Position numbers and translations under genes: made by a program. Below the pieces are notes generated by a model, which was given only the letters and a program-made list of their open reading frames with translations, was not told where the DNA came from and searched no databases. A stretch of DNA of 62,475 nt, filler included, from Choristocarpus tenellus KU-1152 (lineage: Eukaryota; Protista; Phaeophyceae), in the NCBI GenBank assembly GCA_964200185.2. It is 13 parts of 13 records of this genome, joined end to end, with 100 filler letters (N's around TTAATTAATTAA, not from the genome) between each part and the next. Parts side by side here need not be neighbours in the genome. Positions count along the whole stretch, not along the records: positions 11,809 to 14,872 come from CAXNAD020022576.1; positions 14,973 to 18,892 come from CAXNAD020017141.1; positions 18,993 to 21,528 come from CAXNAD020026966.1; positions 21,629 to 24,732 come from CAXNAD020022298.1; positions 24,833 to 28,221 come from CAXNAD020020369.1; 8 more parts are not named here. One strand, 5' to 3'. Numbering within the stretch: position 1 is the stretch's first letter; each line of letters begins with the position of its first letter. Below, piece after piece: positions 11,854 to 25,600 of this stretch.

Positions 11854-12510
11854 GCTAGTTGTTATTTTGGCACACCCTTCAACAGGGGAGGTGCGTTATA
11901 GAAGCGGTAGTAGTAGTGGAGGCAGCAAGCAGAAAATGTTATGCATAGTTTCGTTCCAGGGCGACATCACCAGGGGGCGGGTAAGCACCAGATCTAATGG
12001 AGCAAGGGGGTGATCAGTGAGAGGTGGGGAAGGTTGTACACAGCACAGTAGAAGCAAGACATGGATATGGAAGAAGTGCGAGTAGCTGTAGTAACTCTGA
12101 CCACAGGTCAAAGAAGACAGTACTAATGTAATCAATCTGACGACAGTAATCGAAATGCAGAGTATGAACGCATTTGTGATCTACGAGCTGCACTAACTAG
12201 CTACGGGCACACGAAACGGATGACCTGCTTGCACTGGTGACGGAAACGGTAGAGCAAGGTTGGTTGAACAAGGAAGATTACATTTGGTTGGTGCGCAGGG
12301 TTACAGGTCTACAATGGTAGTAGCGGTAGACTGGAGGAGAGAAAAAGGAGAGTGCGGCCAAGTCTGACACGTGTTTCAACCCAGCCCAAGGGATGATAAG
12401 GTGTGTTGAGTGGGTCTGTGATAGGTTAAGTGGAGCAGAAGAGGTGTGTAGAAGGTTGTACGAACTTGTTGTTGAGGAATATATCCAAGGGTTAATAATC
12501 ACGAGTTGTG

Positions 12511-12582
12511 TCCCTCGTAGTCCAACGGTTAGGATATCTGACTCTCACTCAGGAGACCCGGGTTCGACTCCCGGCGAGGGAG
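12511..12582 (+). tRNA. tRNA-Glu (anticodon CTC)
   Basis: Acceptor TCCCTCG/CGAGGGA, D stem GTCC/GGAT, anticodon arm TCTGA-CTCTCAC-TCAGG, T arm CCGGG-TTCGACT-CCCGG; TTTT terminator about 10 bp downstream. Confidence 0.95.
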
Positions 12583-12959
12583 GCATCCCTCTTTTGTCTC
12601 CTTTCTCCCTCTACCCTATCGTTCTCTTCTTCCCACACATGCTTTCATCCAACTAAGAGCCTAACCCTATCGATCGATCAATCCATCAATCACGGGAGGA
12701 GTTCACCGAGTCTTCGAAAGGTGCAACCAACATCTGTGGCGTATAAGGAGGGCACAGGGTTGACCAGAGAGACATCTGCAACCACCATACAGTTGATAAC
12801 ATCACCAGGTTTCGGTTGATAACATCCGTCCATCACTGTATATAACATTCAACTATTGAGCGCCTCATATGATACCGGATCTTTACACCTACTACAGGAA
12901 GATGGGGGAACAGATTCGTTGCGGGGGTCAAGCTGAAAACTATTTCTACATTATAGTAT

Positions 12960-13090
12960 TGTCACGACCGTTGTGTCCTCGTGGAATTTATTAAACCACC
13001 ATTACGACCTTGAAGTCCTAGATTTTATATATTTCTATTCATTGGCTCATTATTTATTACCTAGTCATTATGATGCCGTATAGAGGTCGG
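12960..13090 (+). repeat. Dispersed LTR-like repeat, reverse copy at about 26660-26803
   Basis: Shared GACCTTGAAGTCCTAsATTTTATATA...GTCATTATGATG; both copies begin TGT. Confidence 0.55.
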
Positions 13091-13899
13091 AAACTTTTGT
13101 TCAGTCCTATTTATATAACCCAATGAAAGTCACGAAGTGAATAATCAAAGTGAGAGACACGGAATGTTTGATGACATTTCCTTTACGGAGCCATCTACGA
13201 GCCTCATTTTCAGCCAATAATTAGCCTTCTTGATTGGAGCTACGTATCCCATCATGACAAACTTGCGGAACGTTTTGTAACAGCATCATATAACGAAGTA
13301 TTGATGCTTTTCAGTAGCTCGCACTATTTCAATAGTTCCGCAGACTTCCCAACCCGTGCTCAGAGGCGCTACACACCCATTCTCATACTGTCTTCTCTTT
13401 AAACTAATTGTTGCACTGTAACTAATTGTACTGCCTCCGTTCGTGCAATGCTTTACTGACGTTAGGTTCAGACGTCCCACCGCTGGTTGCTCCGCCTCCT
13501 CCCCGACACCTTGGGTAAATCCACCAGGCATCCCTCTGCAATCAAACCTGGCCACCTTGTGCTTGGTTTGGCTTTCTTGTGGTAAAGCGACTGGTAGGAT
13601 AGTACGGGCATACGATCCAGCATACTTACCACGTGGAACTTGGACATTCAGCAGCACGTTTCCATTAAAAGCTTCAGCCTGGCCCCAACGGATCTTATCA
13701 CCACAAAATTCATGCAGGGAACAGCCTCCATAACAGCTCAGCCACGGGGACGAAATGGTTCAAATGCCGAGCGGCCACGACAGAGTGCCTCCCGAAACAT
13801 CCACAACGTATCTGATAGACTGCTATGAGAGTATAGACCCCTTAAGGAACGGTGGGTGTGACACTTCAAAGCACTCCTTAATAACAAGTCGGTCAATCC

Positions 13900-14820
13900 T
13901 AAACCCCAACAGTGTCCAACCCCCAGATCGATGATCCACCTGCGTGACACTTACTTGTGCACCAGCACTGGTGGAAGTAAGGAGAGCAACCCGTACCATG
14001 GCTGACGGGAAGACAATGGGACCAGATGACCTTTCCAGCAGAGATCCTTGCTTGGACTTAACGGGGGCGAGACAATCCTGCAGGGATTCCACCCGGATTG
14101 CGTTGGTTATGTAGGACCAGGAAGATGTGCTACGGGATTGAAAAGACACGGTCCTCTCCTGATGATCTACAAGAAGGATGGAAAGGACAATGGCAACTAC
14201 AGTGGTATCTCATTGGTGACACACGCTGGCAAAGCACTTCTCAAGGTAGTTGCGCGACACCTGAGAGCTTACCCGATCGGGAGAACATACTTCTTCACGA
14301 GGAATAGTGTGGTTTCCAGGCTGAATGCTCCACAGTGAACGTGATGTACACACCCCTGCACGCCCTTGAGAAGGAGCTTGGACGGAAAATAAGCAGGAGG
14401 TACCTCTGTTCTTGTGTTTTTATTGACCTGAAGAAGGCTTGTGACTCTGTTGGTCGCAATCTCCCTCCCGTGTGGGCTTTGCCTGCGGAGTTCAGTGCAC
14501 CAGAGAAAGAGGATATCGGCCACCCGCCAGTTCCGTGTTAGGATGAAGGTGGGCGTCCGCAAGGCCTTCTCCAATGGTGTATCCTTACCTCCATACGAAT
14601 CTTTAATGCCTTCTTTGCTGTTTGCTGCAGCGCTAAGCATAGCGGTGAAGAAATTTCAACATTGATCCGGTCATCTACAAAGGACCTTGTCGTTGTCAAG
14701 GGAGCTTAGAAAAGCAGTCAGGCCAGACAAGGAGGGGAAACAGGGAGTGGGGCAACTCTCGAGTTGTGCCTGTGGGGCGTGCAAATGTTCTGAGAGTCGT
14801 AGTATCATAAGGGGGGCGCC
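13900..14820 (+). mobile_element. Decayed non-LTR retrotransposon (RTE-like LINE) RT fragment
   Basis: GNYSGISLVTHAGKALLKVVARHL, EE*CGF, CVFIDLKKACDSV motifs of LINE RT; frameshifted. Confidence 0.85.
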
Positions 14821-14844
14821 GCCGAGTGTAAGGGACACCTTTCA

Positions 14845-14996
14845 GGCTCAAAGTATCTGGGGGGGGGTGGCGNNNNNNNNNNNNNNNNNNNNNNNNNNNN
14901 NNNNNNNNNNNNNNNNTTAATTAATTAANNNNNNNNNNNNNNNNNNNNNNNNNNNNNNNNNNNNNNNNNNNNCCCCCCCCCCAGATACTTTGGGTC
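14845..14996. mobile_element. Partial MITE type B ends flanking a linker (14845-14872, 14973-14996)
   Basis: GGCTCAAAGTATCTGG and CCAGATACTTTGGGTC. Confidence 0.75.
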
Positions 14997-15849
14997 AGTA
15001 ATAGAGATCTGTTTAAAATAGCAAAATACTGAACACATGCGTAGGGTGTTCAGTGCAAATTATACGACTAATACTACCAATACAAATATACATCTGGGTC
15101 TATCAGGACCGGAACTAGGGTGTCTGGTGATAGCCCATAATTATATTTGCTAGTTCCTATCCCTGAATCTCGATTCGATACGAGTTCGAGAGAGAACCCA
15201 AGCCAGTCAGGACTATTTTTAGTCTTTGCACATTGGAGTCTCTAAATACCCTTGCCACAGCTTTTTTTTGGATCGGGTGTACTAGGGAGGTACTTTCCAG
15301 GGTAAGGGTTAGGCACATCCATACTCTATCCATGCCAATCTGATTCATCAAAAAATCTGGGGGAGGGTAACAAGAAACTCCGATGTTGAAAGTTTTATGA
15401 TGGCTCTCAAGGCTGCCATACATTATTATTGCAAAATTCCATGAGGTAGTGGAGTACTGGGTTGTGTACAACATTCACCTTTCAATCAAGTGTACAATAT
15501 TCAACCAGTTTTGTCTCCTTTTGGGGTGTTCGGAAATACTGTAGTATATATAGTCAACCCATGTTCATATGCCTTGACCACAAACCCATACCTTGAAACC
15601 CCCCCATGAAAGTATATATGAGTTTCATAGAACGTATGAGAAGTTGTGTTCGATACATGCATTACTATTTAATACTCTCTAGCATTTTACAGCTGTTACA
15701 ATTAGGGAAGGCAAGAAAAGCAGTATAAAGGGATAGAATGTATTGGTATCAATACAGGCTTTCTAATACACAAACAGTAGCCGAAGTTTGCGTGACAACA
15801 AGAAACCAACTCTGTCCAGAATAGGAGCCAACACTTTTCATTCTATCTG

Positions 15850-16250
15850 AAAACAGTAAAGAAACATATATGTGGTGATACATGAGGCGTAAACTCTTCT
15901 AGACTGACAAAATGAAGGCAATCTAGAAGATGAAGGAATACTCCCACGTATGAGTCACGTCCCACCTCGTCGACTGGCTTGGAGTCTCCAGTTTGAAGCG
16001 CATGGCATGCCTTGAACTTGCCACTTGAGCCCTTATGGACACAATCTGTTGCAGGTGTGCCTTCACCATTCCCTTCCTGCCGAACCTCCCAGCTCCCCTG
16101 CCATCCATCACAAGTGGCACCAGGTCTTCGATAATTGCTCTATTTATGTGACAAGACAGCCTACGTTTCAAACACCAAAGGTGTTAAGGTTACGAAATCA
16201 TATTCCTCTGTGTGGTGGGTTGCTGTATATTATCGAACACATGAGTAGTA
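15850..16250 (-). mobile_element. Highly decayed Copia GAG-pre-integrase / integrase fragment
   Basis: RRLSCHINRAIIEDL...ETPSQSTRWDVTHT resembles the H.RLGH...VHTD region at 28870-29070. Confidence 0.45.
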
Positions 16251-16299
16251 GCTCATAAACCTTTTGTCTTACTATTTTCACACACCTGCATACCTGTTA

Positions 16300-18810
16300 G
16301 ACTTGGTTGTACTACACATTACTCCAAGAAATGGCAATCAGCATGTACAAGCGATCTACATCATATTGCTGCACTTGATCGTAGTAACAATCCGCTTCAA
16401 GTCCGTTTGGTTACTCCACTCCCAGTAGTACAACACAACTTTTTGCGCTCCATATAACAATGGGAATGCTTGTGTCGCTCATATATATTCTGTGCACCAC
16501 GAGGAAAATGAAAAAATCATTCATATTCCTCCTGCAAACATTATGGCTCCTCCAGTCACTGATCTACGATCATTCCAGTCTCCAGCATGACTAGCATGAG
16601 CACAAGCACTCAACTCACACTCAGTATCAAAGCCACCAGAACTCAATCCAACGCTGGGACATGTATTCAAATATGCTAAAATACACTTTTTTGCACGCCA
16701 GTGTGTAACTTTGGGATTGATACTGTACTTGGCGACTTCACGAACTGCATTTGCAATGTCAAGCCTAGTCATAACAGATGGCCACATCAGACTACCAACT
16801 GCCTCTCTGTATGGTGTATTTTCATCAACACTTGGATGATTCTCACTCTTGCCTAGAGTCCTTGAGAGATCATGGGGTACCGACCTCTTCTTTGCACCAT
16901 CCATACCAAATCTTTGACACTCTTAATGCACCTAGTCTGACTGATGGTGACAGTCTCTGTGCAGTTCTGTCACGTGAAACCTCACAACTCATATAATACT
17001 CAAGATCACCGAAGTCTTCTATGGAAAACTGCTCTTTAATCCTAGAGCGAACACAAATCAAAACATCTATTTTACCAGCTACCAAAAGATCATCTACGTG
17101 GGGGGCTATCACAGCTCAAACGACATCTCTTACGTAGCGTAACACACATGGATCTGCTCTGCATTGCTCAAAACCGCACTGTTCCAAAACCTGCACCAAC
17201 AGATTATTAAGCTCCCTGCTAGCCTATTTGGTGCCATAAAGTGCCTTGACTAAACGCACAATCTTTCCAGACCATATACCACATCCATCACATAAACGAA
17301 CAAAGATCTCTTCACTAATATCTGCTTGTATGAATGCTTGCTTCACATCCGAATGCTTTAATTCCCAATCCTTGTCTACAGCTAATGCTATAACATTTTC
17401 AAAGACGTAGGGGACAGTATTGGTGCAAAGGTATCTTAGTAATCTAAACCCTCAATCTGTCGAAGACCTTTTGCTACCAAACGTGCCTTGTATCTAACTA
17501 CCTCGCCAAATTTGTTATTCTTACGCTTGTGAATCCATTTAGTGTCTATTGCCCTGCATCCAGGGGGTAATACAGCCTCCACCCAAACATTATTCAACAA
17601 CAAACCAGACATCTCTTCTGCTCTAGCTCGATCCCATAAATCACATTCGGGAAAGCTACGTGCTGCTCTTAAAGTCTTGGGTTCTGGAGGGAGCTCATCC
17701 GCTAACACTCAAATAGAATCATCACTCGCACACATCACAAGGGTAGTCTCTACGGAAAACAGAGAAAAATATCAAAAAATAGAACTGTTACAAAATAAAA
17801 CAGCAGAGAAATCAAATAAGCTTGCACAATGGTAACCTCAGCATCCGGTCTTCACTTCCTCAACTCTCATCAATCTAGACCTTTATCCATAACAATAAAC
17901 GTCTATCTCATATTCCCCTTGTCTTCTCGATCGGCCCTGGAGATACTATTCTCAACACCCCCAGCTCTTGGACTGAGAGTAGATATGACGTGCCCTCTAG
18001 TTCTCAGGAGATGTGAAGGGAAGCATGGAGATAATAACAAATAAAACACCGGAACTATCTCGTCCTCACCCTTCAAACAGAGCATTAGGATACAAGATTG
18101 CATGCTATAATCGATACAAATGCGACAGACGCCAAAGTAACATGCACCCACTCATCGCAGCCAAACATTGAATTTCCAATCAATCTTGCCATACCCCACA
18201 ATTGGTAGTGATGTGCCGTCAGCCACAGTCATTTTGCAACGTTATGGATATGTGGTAAGGCCATAAAAGTGTAGTTTGGATCTTTCGTCACATTATTGGA
18301 AGCACCCGAATCAAAACACCATGTTTCGAAAGCATTCGTTCTCACCTTGCCATTTTCAGTCACAGCGAACTAACATGGTCATTAAACCTCCTTCCTGTCC
18401 AAGCCGGTTCCTCTGATCCAGCTAGTTCTTCCGCCGACTTTAGCGGATTCGCCCTCTGGTGATATGAAGTTCCCACCGACTTTGGTGGTCCTACCCTCCT
18501 CTGAGGGCAAACAACTTGCTGGTGGCCTCTGTTCCCGCAGCTGTAGCACAGTCCTCTATATGTGCAAGGACCTGTGTGCTTTTCCAGTCGGCACCTTGTG
18601 CATATTTCTCTTGGTCCTGGCCAGCCCCCTGGGATGGGATCCTGTCATCCCAGGGTGTGTACAATGACCAGTCGTACCTTGGTTGCGTCCTCGGCTAACC
18701 TTTTGCTGGGTCTGTGCGGATAGAGCATTCCATGACTCTCCGCGATCAGCTGCTTCCCGTTGAAGTGAGAAGTAGCGCGAATGAGCAGCTTGCTGTATCG
18801 TGGCTCTCGA
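16300..18810 (-). mobile_element. Decayed Ty1/Copia element (gag, protease, RT, RNase H; integrase largely missing)
   Basis: WCFDSGA protease; AIDTKWIHKRKNNKFGEVVRYKARLVAKGLRQIEGLDY; HVDDLLV; PYREAVGSLMW..MTRLDIA; DRRSVTG. Confidence 0.9.
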
Positions 18811-18812
18811 AC

Positions 18813-18892
18813 GAGTGAAAGTATCTTAGAGGGTACGAGTTTTGCCCTGTTTGTCCATTTGGGGCTTGGCTTCCCTCGGGGTTTTTTTTATG
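18813..18892 (-). mobile_element. MITE type A, partial, at contig end (another partial at 21629-21682)
   Basis: GAGTGAAAGTATCTTAGAGGGTACGAGTTTTGCCC is the reverse of the type A 3' end. Confidence 0.85.
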
Positions 18893-19959
18893 NNNNNNNN
18901 NNNNNNNNNNNNNNNNNNNNNNNNNNNNNNNNNNNNTTAATTAATTAANNNNNNNNNNNNNNNNNNNNNNNNNNNNNNNNNNNNNNNNNNNNCCCACCCA
19001 CCCTGTCACTTGCTCACGATCAACTTGGATCTTAGGGTGGGAGGGGAGGTCAAGTTCAGGTGGGGTAGATGTCTTCTAGCTCAAAGGTGCGGTATGAAGG
19101 GGATGAAGGGGTGTTGTAAGATGATTGTGGTGTGGGGTTGAGCGGTGTTCAATGGTGTGGTGGAGTGGTAACTGGGGTGGGGTTGAGTGGAGTAGTAGCT
19201 GATGTGGGGTTGAGTGGGGTTGACTAGGGTTGAAAGGGGTGGTAGTGACCAGAAATCAATGACGAAAGGGGCCGCACTGGTTGGTCATCGGATAGGGGAG
19301 GTGACTGGAAATTAGTGGCGAACGGGTGGCTTGGAAACAACTCAAAAATGTGAAGGAATCAGCCTTGTAGGAACTCCTTGAGACCTACTCCCGGAGGATG
19401 AATGACCACATTTCACCTTGGAGATCAAGCTCGTTTCTACCAACAACATTTGAAGAGGTTCAAGGTCGAGAGGATCAGATACAATGCCGCCCAAATATCT
19501 GTGACAAATCTGGTAGGTTATTGAGAGGGCAAGGATCCATTTTAAGGAGCGGTTCTTGAGATGACACTTGAAATAAACTCCTAAACTACAAAGTCCGTCA
19601 ACATCAATCGTAATAATGGTGCTGAACCTTTCAACCAACGATCCACTTGTATGACACCTGCTGATATACTCATTAGTGGAAATGGCTGGAGCAAACCACA
19701 ACATGGCAAACGGGGAGAGATGGAACCAGATCAATGATCCCCAATGGAAATTCTGAAGCTTGGTCTCAACCAGGATGAGATTATCAAGGTTTCCACAAGC
19801 CACAAATGAGTGCACTGTGTGCGCCAGGATGATGTGGCACAATTTTGGGAGGGCATAGTCATCAACGTGCTCCACAAGAAGAAGGGTTGGACAGGATAAT
19901 TAAAATAGGGTTATTTCATTGGTGGCACACACTGGAAAAATGCTTCCCACTGACAGTTG

Positions 19960-21290
19960 TTGCCCAACGACAGAGAGTTTCTCTGGAAATAATATGAGGA
20001 TCAGTGTGGTTCCTGGATCAACACTCCACCATGGACATTATTTGTATCTTTAATGCCTTCCAAGATTCCAGCAAGGAAAATGATGTACTACCTCTATTAA
20101 TGTGTTTCATTGTCCTACAGGAAGCATGCAATTCAATGCGACCGTGATTTCCTGTGGATAGTGCTTAGCAAGTTTGGAGTGCCTAAAACAGCCGATTTCA
20201 AAAATTGACACTTTATCCCAGTCAATTTTGGGTCAAGCCCATCCTCAATGAAAAGCTCCATCCTCAATTTTTGAAATCGGCTGTTCTGAGAAGATGGTGT
20301 GTCATCAGTCATCTCCCGTATGGATGACAGAGAGTGTACAAAATTAGTTTGAGCAAGGACAAGGTGTTCCCCAGGGGTGTGCTCTGCCCCCATTCTCTTC
20401 AACATCTTCTTCACTACAGTACTGCTGTGTATTGCGACCAAGGAGTTCGATGCTGACTGAGTCACCTCTAAGGACCTTGTTGCCATCAAGGGAGCCACAG
20501 GAAACAACCAGGTCAACGAAACAATCAGGTTAAAGGGGGAGGAGGAACAGGAAGTGGGGTGACACTTGAGTGCGAAACCAATTGAGAGGTAGGGAGGATT
20601 GCATTTCAAGGATCACGATAAATGTAAAAAGGATGTCATTTTGTACAATTGCAAAAAGAGCATTTGCTTAATTGTGGTGCCACTTTGTGTGTGGAACTGG
20701 AGGATATCAATTTTGAGTACTATTGTGCACACAAAGTAGTGAAGTAGAGTACATTCCACAGGTTAAAAAAATATGACTTCGAATGCAGAAGGGTTAAAAC
20801 CTGCCTACCTCTCTATTGGCTTGGCTCTAGAACGGGACCTCTACTTTGGTAAGGATAATTATTACAGTCTGTGTGAAGGTACCTTAAGTCTTTTGGACTT
20901 ACTGTGACGGAGTTGAAGATATGGAGACCATGCTGTGCCTTCAGACGTTCGACAAGGCTGTAGAGACATCATGCAAATACAGGATTTGGGATAGTGCCAC
21001 AAGCAGAGACGACAAAAATGATCTTAGAGACGCCAAAGAGTGATGAAGCTAGTATCACTGCCGAGATCAACAGACGGATTCAAACACCTCGAGATTGTTT
21101 CCACAAGTACTGCCAAGTGCCTTGGGGCAGGAACGCAGGTGCATCAATTGACCTTAAGATTCAAACACTAAAATGATGACTGTAACACTTTGGGAGGCCC
21201 TACTATGCATAGATGCGTGACACTGGCACTCCACCAGGTTTGATATTAAAGCTTCGCTCTCACCACCACAAAACCCTACTACTATGCTGC
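19960..21290 (+). mobile_element. Decayed LINE RT fragments
   Basis: EDQCG, CFIVLQEACNS..DFLWIVLSKFGVPK, QGCAL..FNIFF, SITAEINRRIQ..CFHKY. Confidence 0.75.
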
Positions 21291-21311
21291 ACAGATTTTA
21301 CATACACATCA

Positions 21312-21490
21312 GGCTAAGAGTATCTGTGGGGTGGTGTTGGCTGTCCATTTGGGGTCAATTTTTTCATGTCACACTTTTTGTGTGATTTGGTTGCATATGT
21401 CGGATGGATAATACGAATCCACTTTTCCTGATTTTGGTCCAAATGGACACCCTGGTTTAGAACCCACCCCCCTCCCAGATACTTTGGGTC
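21312..21490 (+). mobile_element. MITE type B, full length, degenerate
   Basis: Homologous to 34725-34906, ends CCCAGATACTTTGGGTC. Confidence 0.85.
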
Positions 21491-22101
21491 GCTGCCCAAT
21501 TGCTAGAAGTAATCCCAAGGACGAACGCNNNNNNNNNNNNNNNNNNNNNNNNNNNNNNNNNNNNNNNNNNNNTTAATTAATTAANNNNNNNNNNNNNNNN
21601 NNNNNNNNNNNNNNNNNNNNNNNNNNNNTTAGATTTTGACCCCCAAATGGACGCGACTCTACCCTCTAAGATACTTTGACTCTTTATGGCGGTCAATCGC
21701 CTCTCAAACACATAATTGTGATCTCGATACAATGATGTCAGCAAATCTTGACTTCAAGATGCAATATACAGTTGTAGAGATATTGTATGGCACTGATCAG
21801 TTGGAAAGTATGCTTTATCCAAAGCATTTAGTTTCTTGCTTGACATTTCAATAGCTTGTTTTCGTTCTTGTACAAATTTACACAACATGCCAACCACTCA
21901 AATTGCTGACATACACTTCGGATATCCTGTACGTAGTCTATTAGGATTTGTTGGCAAAACACATCAATGACAATCGCCAAAGAAAGAGATTAGATCTCTG
22001 CAGTACACAGGACACACACTCCTACTAGACAGGTGCTAATGTCATGACCTCTTACTGTAGACATAATAGCCAATAGCTGAACAATACTCTCCCTCGAACC
22101 C

Positions 22102-23064
22102 TTGCCCCCCTGCCCCTACAAGGTATTTGATGTGACAGACATCGCCTTGAGTGTAGGCTACCTCGCCAATAGGAGGGCCTTACTGCACACCCTTACCCTG
22201 GTCGGAGAAGTTGGTGACTTGAGGAGTGACATATGCTACGATACTCTAAGGTTTGAGTCTGCAAGTGGCAATAATACTAATAATAGACAAAAGAAAAGGT
22301 GGGCAACTCTCTTTTACACCGAAAATTCTCTTTGGTCATCTCCTGAAGTAAAGGCCAAGGTACCTACTTATCTCCCACAGGCTAATTCAACCTCACCATT
22401 CACACATCCATATCCTTGCGTCCACCTTGCTCTCTCTCTCTCATGTGGACAATCGTCTATGTTTGAGGATAGTCTGATAATGCACATTGTGAACCCAGGC
22501 CTTCCTGAGCCTTCCCTGCGCCTCTTATTCTTCCGGGCTGTCACCAATCAACAATCAAGTGAAAACAACAACTCTAGAAATTTTGATGCTGTGATGGTCG
22601 GTCAAGAAAACAACAATAAGAGCAATCTGGATGAACACTGCTACGGAGGACAAGCACAAGAAAGTGTAAAGTGGAGGTGCGGGGGCAAGGGAAAGGATAA
22701 GGGTAGAGGCAAAGGTGGAGGCAGAGGCTTAGGTAATAGCAGTATTCGAAGTGGTTTAGAGGGCACTTATGAAGATGGGGGTGGGTATGGAGATGGGGGA
22801 GAAGGCAGGAGGGAAGGGAGGGGCAGTGATGCCACCAAAGAGGGCAATGGTAGGCGAGGAAGGAGGAAGAGGGAGTCCCTGACTCCTGTTGGGCTCGCAA
22901 AAGCAATAGTGGACTTCCCACTGGTGTGCGAGAACCTTGCGCCTCTCTTGTTTGCGGTGGGGTCAAAGGCAAAGTTGAAAGAACTTGCCAGGCAAGAAGT
23001 GTGGCGAGCACAAAAAACTGCTTCTGTGGCTGAAGAGGTGAATAATCAATCTCCAGAGAGATAG
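22102..23064 (+). CDS. Probable 3' exon(s) of an unknown gene with a Gly/Arg-rich insert; possibly degenerate EF-hand-like C-terminus
   Basis: 320-codon open frame without ATG start, acceptor-like CTACAAG near 22122; protein-like segments VFDVTDIALSVGYL and LTPVGLAKAIVDFPLVCENLAPLLF; internal splicing not resolved. Confidence 0.5.
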   Translation: MPPCPYKVFDVTDIALSVGYLANRRALLHTLTLVGEVGDLRSDICYDTLRFESASGNNTNNRQKKRWATLFYTENSLWSSPEVKAKVPTYLPQANSTSPFTHPYPCVHLALSLSCGQSSMFEDSLIMHIVNPGLPEPSLRLLFFRAVTNQQSSENNNSRNFDAVMVGQENNNKSNLDEHCYGGQAQESVKWRCGGKGKDKGRGKGGGRGLGNSSIRSGLEGTYEDGGGYGDGGEGRREGRGSDATKEGNGRRGRRKRESLTPVGLAKAIVDFPLVCENLAPLLFAVGSKAKLKELARQEVWRAQKTASVAEEVNNQSPER

Positions 23065-23274
23065 TCTGATTCGAGGTCACTATTGCACATCTCAATGAGA
23101 TCAAACCTCCCCTTAACAACTAAACTGAACAGTAGTGTAGTTGTGGACAGTAATAAATTGAATTTGGTACATTTCCGCTCTGAAGAGAGACATGTAAAGG
23201 TGAGAAAGTAGCAGGGCAACCCTCCATCGTTCTTCAGATAAGGTCTGCCACCCATTGAATACCAATACGTGAAT

Positions 23275-23454
23275 GGGTCAAAGTATCTGAGGGGGGGGTG
23301 TCGGCGTCCATTTTTCATCCTTTTTTCGATTTTAACTTTTTGGTGTGATTTGGTCGCACGTGTTGGATTTGAAATATCAGCAAAAAAAAGAGTTTTTCGA
23401 CCGAAACGGACGCCCCCTTCACAAACCAATCCCCCCCCCCAGATACTTTGACCC
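23275..23454 (+). mobile_element. MITE type C (same TIR core, different interior); partial copy 24833-24872; another family TIR end at 24713-24732
   Basis: GGGTCAAAGTATCT...AGATACTTTGACCC perfect 14-bp TIR; AATG repeated at the flanks (overlapping the first G). Confidence 0.85.
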
Positions 23455-24874
23455 AATGCGTGGTAACATTTTTTTTCTTGTTGCAATTTCTTCTGATATA
23501 CCTAACACTTTGTGTCCAAGTAGAACCACAATCTCATGTACTGTGTAGGAACCTTAGACGTTAAGGGACTGGGGTTAGGGAATTACCTACACTGTTTAGG
23601 GGGTGCCCCCCTTTGCTCCACCATCTAGTTTCCTGCAAACCTTGCATGAATAGTAAAACAGTAGGGTACTAAGTCATTTGAACTCCTCCCCTGACTGTCA
23701 TTTACTGCCAAAAATTCTTTGTCAGCAATGTCATGACATTCCCAACAAGTACAATTACTTCAGTCATTACGGTGTCTATGATGATTATCTGAAACTAGAA
23801 TACCCTTGAACCATTTTAGGCCCAATGGATGAGAGAGGGTTTTCTTTTCTTAGAAAGTCGGAATTATTGCTCAAATTATTGTGTGTTTGGAGAAGTTGTG
23901 CATTGATGCTCTTTCCCCAGCTTACATGTAGCATCAGCAGTGTGAGGTGCGTATGGCAAGCAGTACCTGAGAAGCACAGCACACACACACACACACACAC
24001 TTCCCGCTCCTTTTTTCCCCACTTCTTACCCCTTCCATAGATTCGATTACAGTAGGCATGCATTGGAGTATGCCTTCCGTAACCCCAGTCTCTTTCCTAC
24101 TTGCCAGCATCGCTGACTTGTACCCTAACCTTCCACCTAACCATAATGTAGTTGCCATTAGAATACAACGTCCCCTTACTTCAAGACCCTCCCCCCCAAT
24201 AAAATGGCTCTCTAGAAGGGAATAATACCAACTACCAACTCATTATTTCAGTGATCTTCAAAGTCACAACTGAGCATCAAACAGGGGCAGTGATCTACTA
24301 GAAATCCCCCCGAACATTACTTAGACTTTGGTGAGGAAATTTTTTCCAAGTAGGTCGAAGATAAGAAGGGAAGTCATTAACCGAAACACCAAACGAAGTT
24401 TTGCATGTTGTCCAATTTTCCATTTAGATTCTGCATATATTTCCATGCCAACCAAGGAACACTCACTGAGAACATTATATTCTGAATGTTGTGTCGTGAA
24501 AGGATTTGTGAAAAACATGTACAGACAGGATCTGAATGATTGAATCCCATGATATCCACAACACTAAGTATTGCCCACCAAAATTTAGCATTTCAAACGC
24601 CTGCACCATCTATTCCATATATTGTTACCCCACCGCGTACACCCTGAGATGTTCCTGTATTTGTCTTCAGTCCTGCACTGAAAATCAACAAATGGACCCC
24701 GCATGTGCTTCCGGCTCAAAGTATCTGGGGGGNNNNNNNNNNNNNNNNNNNNNNNNNNNNNNNNNNNNNNNNNNNNTTAATTAATTAANNNNNNNNNNNN
24801 NNNNNNNNNNNNNNNNNNNNNNNNNNNNNNNNCCCCTCACAAACCACCCCCCCTCCCAAGATACTTTGACCCTT

Positions 24875-25600
24875 GACCAGTTTGTTTACTTTGGCGACAC
24901 CAGCAGCGAGAAAGTTGCTATCACTGCTGACATTAGCCAAAGGATCCTAAGAGCTTATGAGTTGTTTCCGAAAGTACATTCAAGTGCTTTATGACAGGGC
25001 CTCCAATGTATCACTTAATTTATTTTATCCAAATGTTCAAGGCTGATGTATTTGAGGTTCAGTTCTGTTGTAAGGTTGTATGATGACATGATGATGACAT
25101 GGACACTCCACGAGGTTCACTCTATGGATAAGTTTAGCTCCCATCACTACAAAATCCTTATGTGATATCGCATTTCACAAAGAAATGGAAACGCACCGAT
25201 CATGTCCTCTCCTTCAATGATGCCCATGTTTGAAGACTGGGTGTGAGAGTATTGAGCCCACTGACTGTGCACAGATAGGGACTCGTAGCAGGGTATGTTG
25301 TTGCTATACGCCTGGGAGATGAGTGACTTTTCAAGACATTGATATTTCGGGGGGTACAGAGGGAAAACAGAAGCAACATGAGCAAGACAAAATTGGTGGA
25401 TGTACTGACAAGACGATCTTGAGAAGTTTGGGATCATATTGAGAGATGGAGAAGATGGGCAACAAACCAAATAAACAGGTTGGCACGAGTGTGTGGTTGG
25501 TGGCGCAACAAGCTTCATGACAGAGCAGCATTCCAAGGAAGCTGTGATAGCTATGTATGTCACACTAATCCTCCTATACTAGAGCAGCACCCAAGAAGAC
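24875..25600 (+). mobile_element. Decayed LINE 3' region
   Basis: Homologous to 21040-21290 (CF.KY..V); C-terminal DL..FGI and WHECVVGGATSFM motifs. Confidence 0.6.

Noticed and set aside
12511-12582. tRNA-derived SINE head
   Set aside because: Intact cloverleaf with immediate T-run terminator and no second copy in the window; treated as a real tRNA
19342-19875. 177-aa minus-strand ORF
   Set aside because: No recognisable motif or splice structure; likely shadow of decayed sequence
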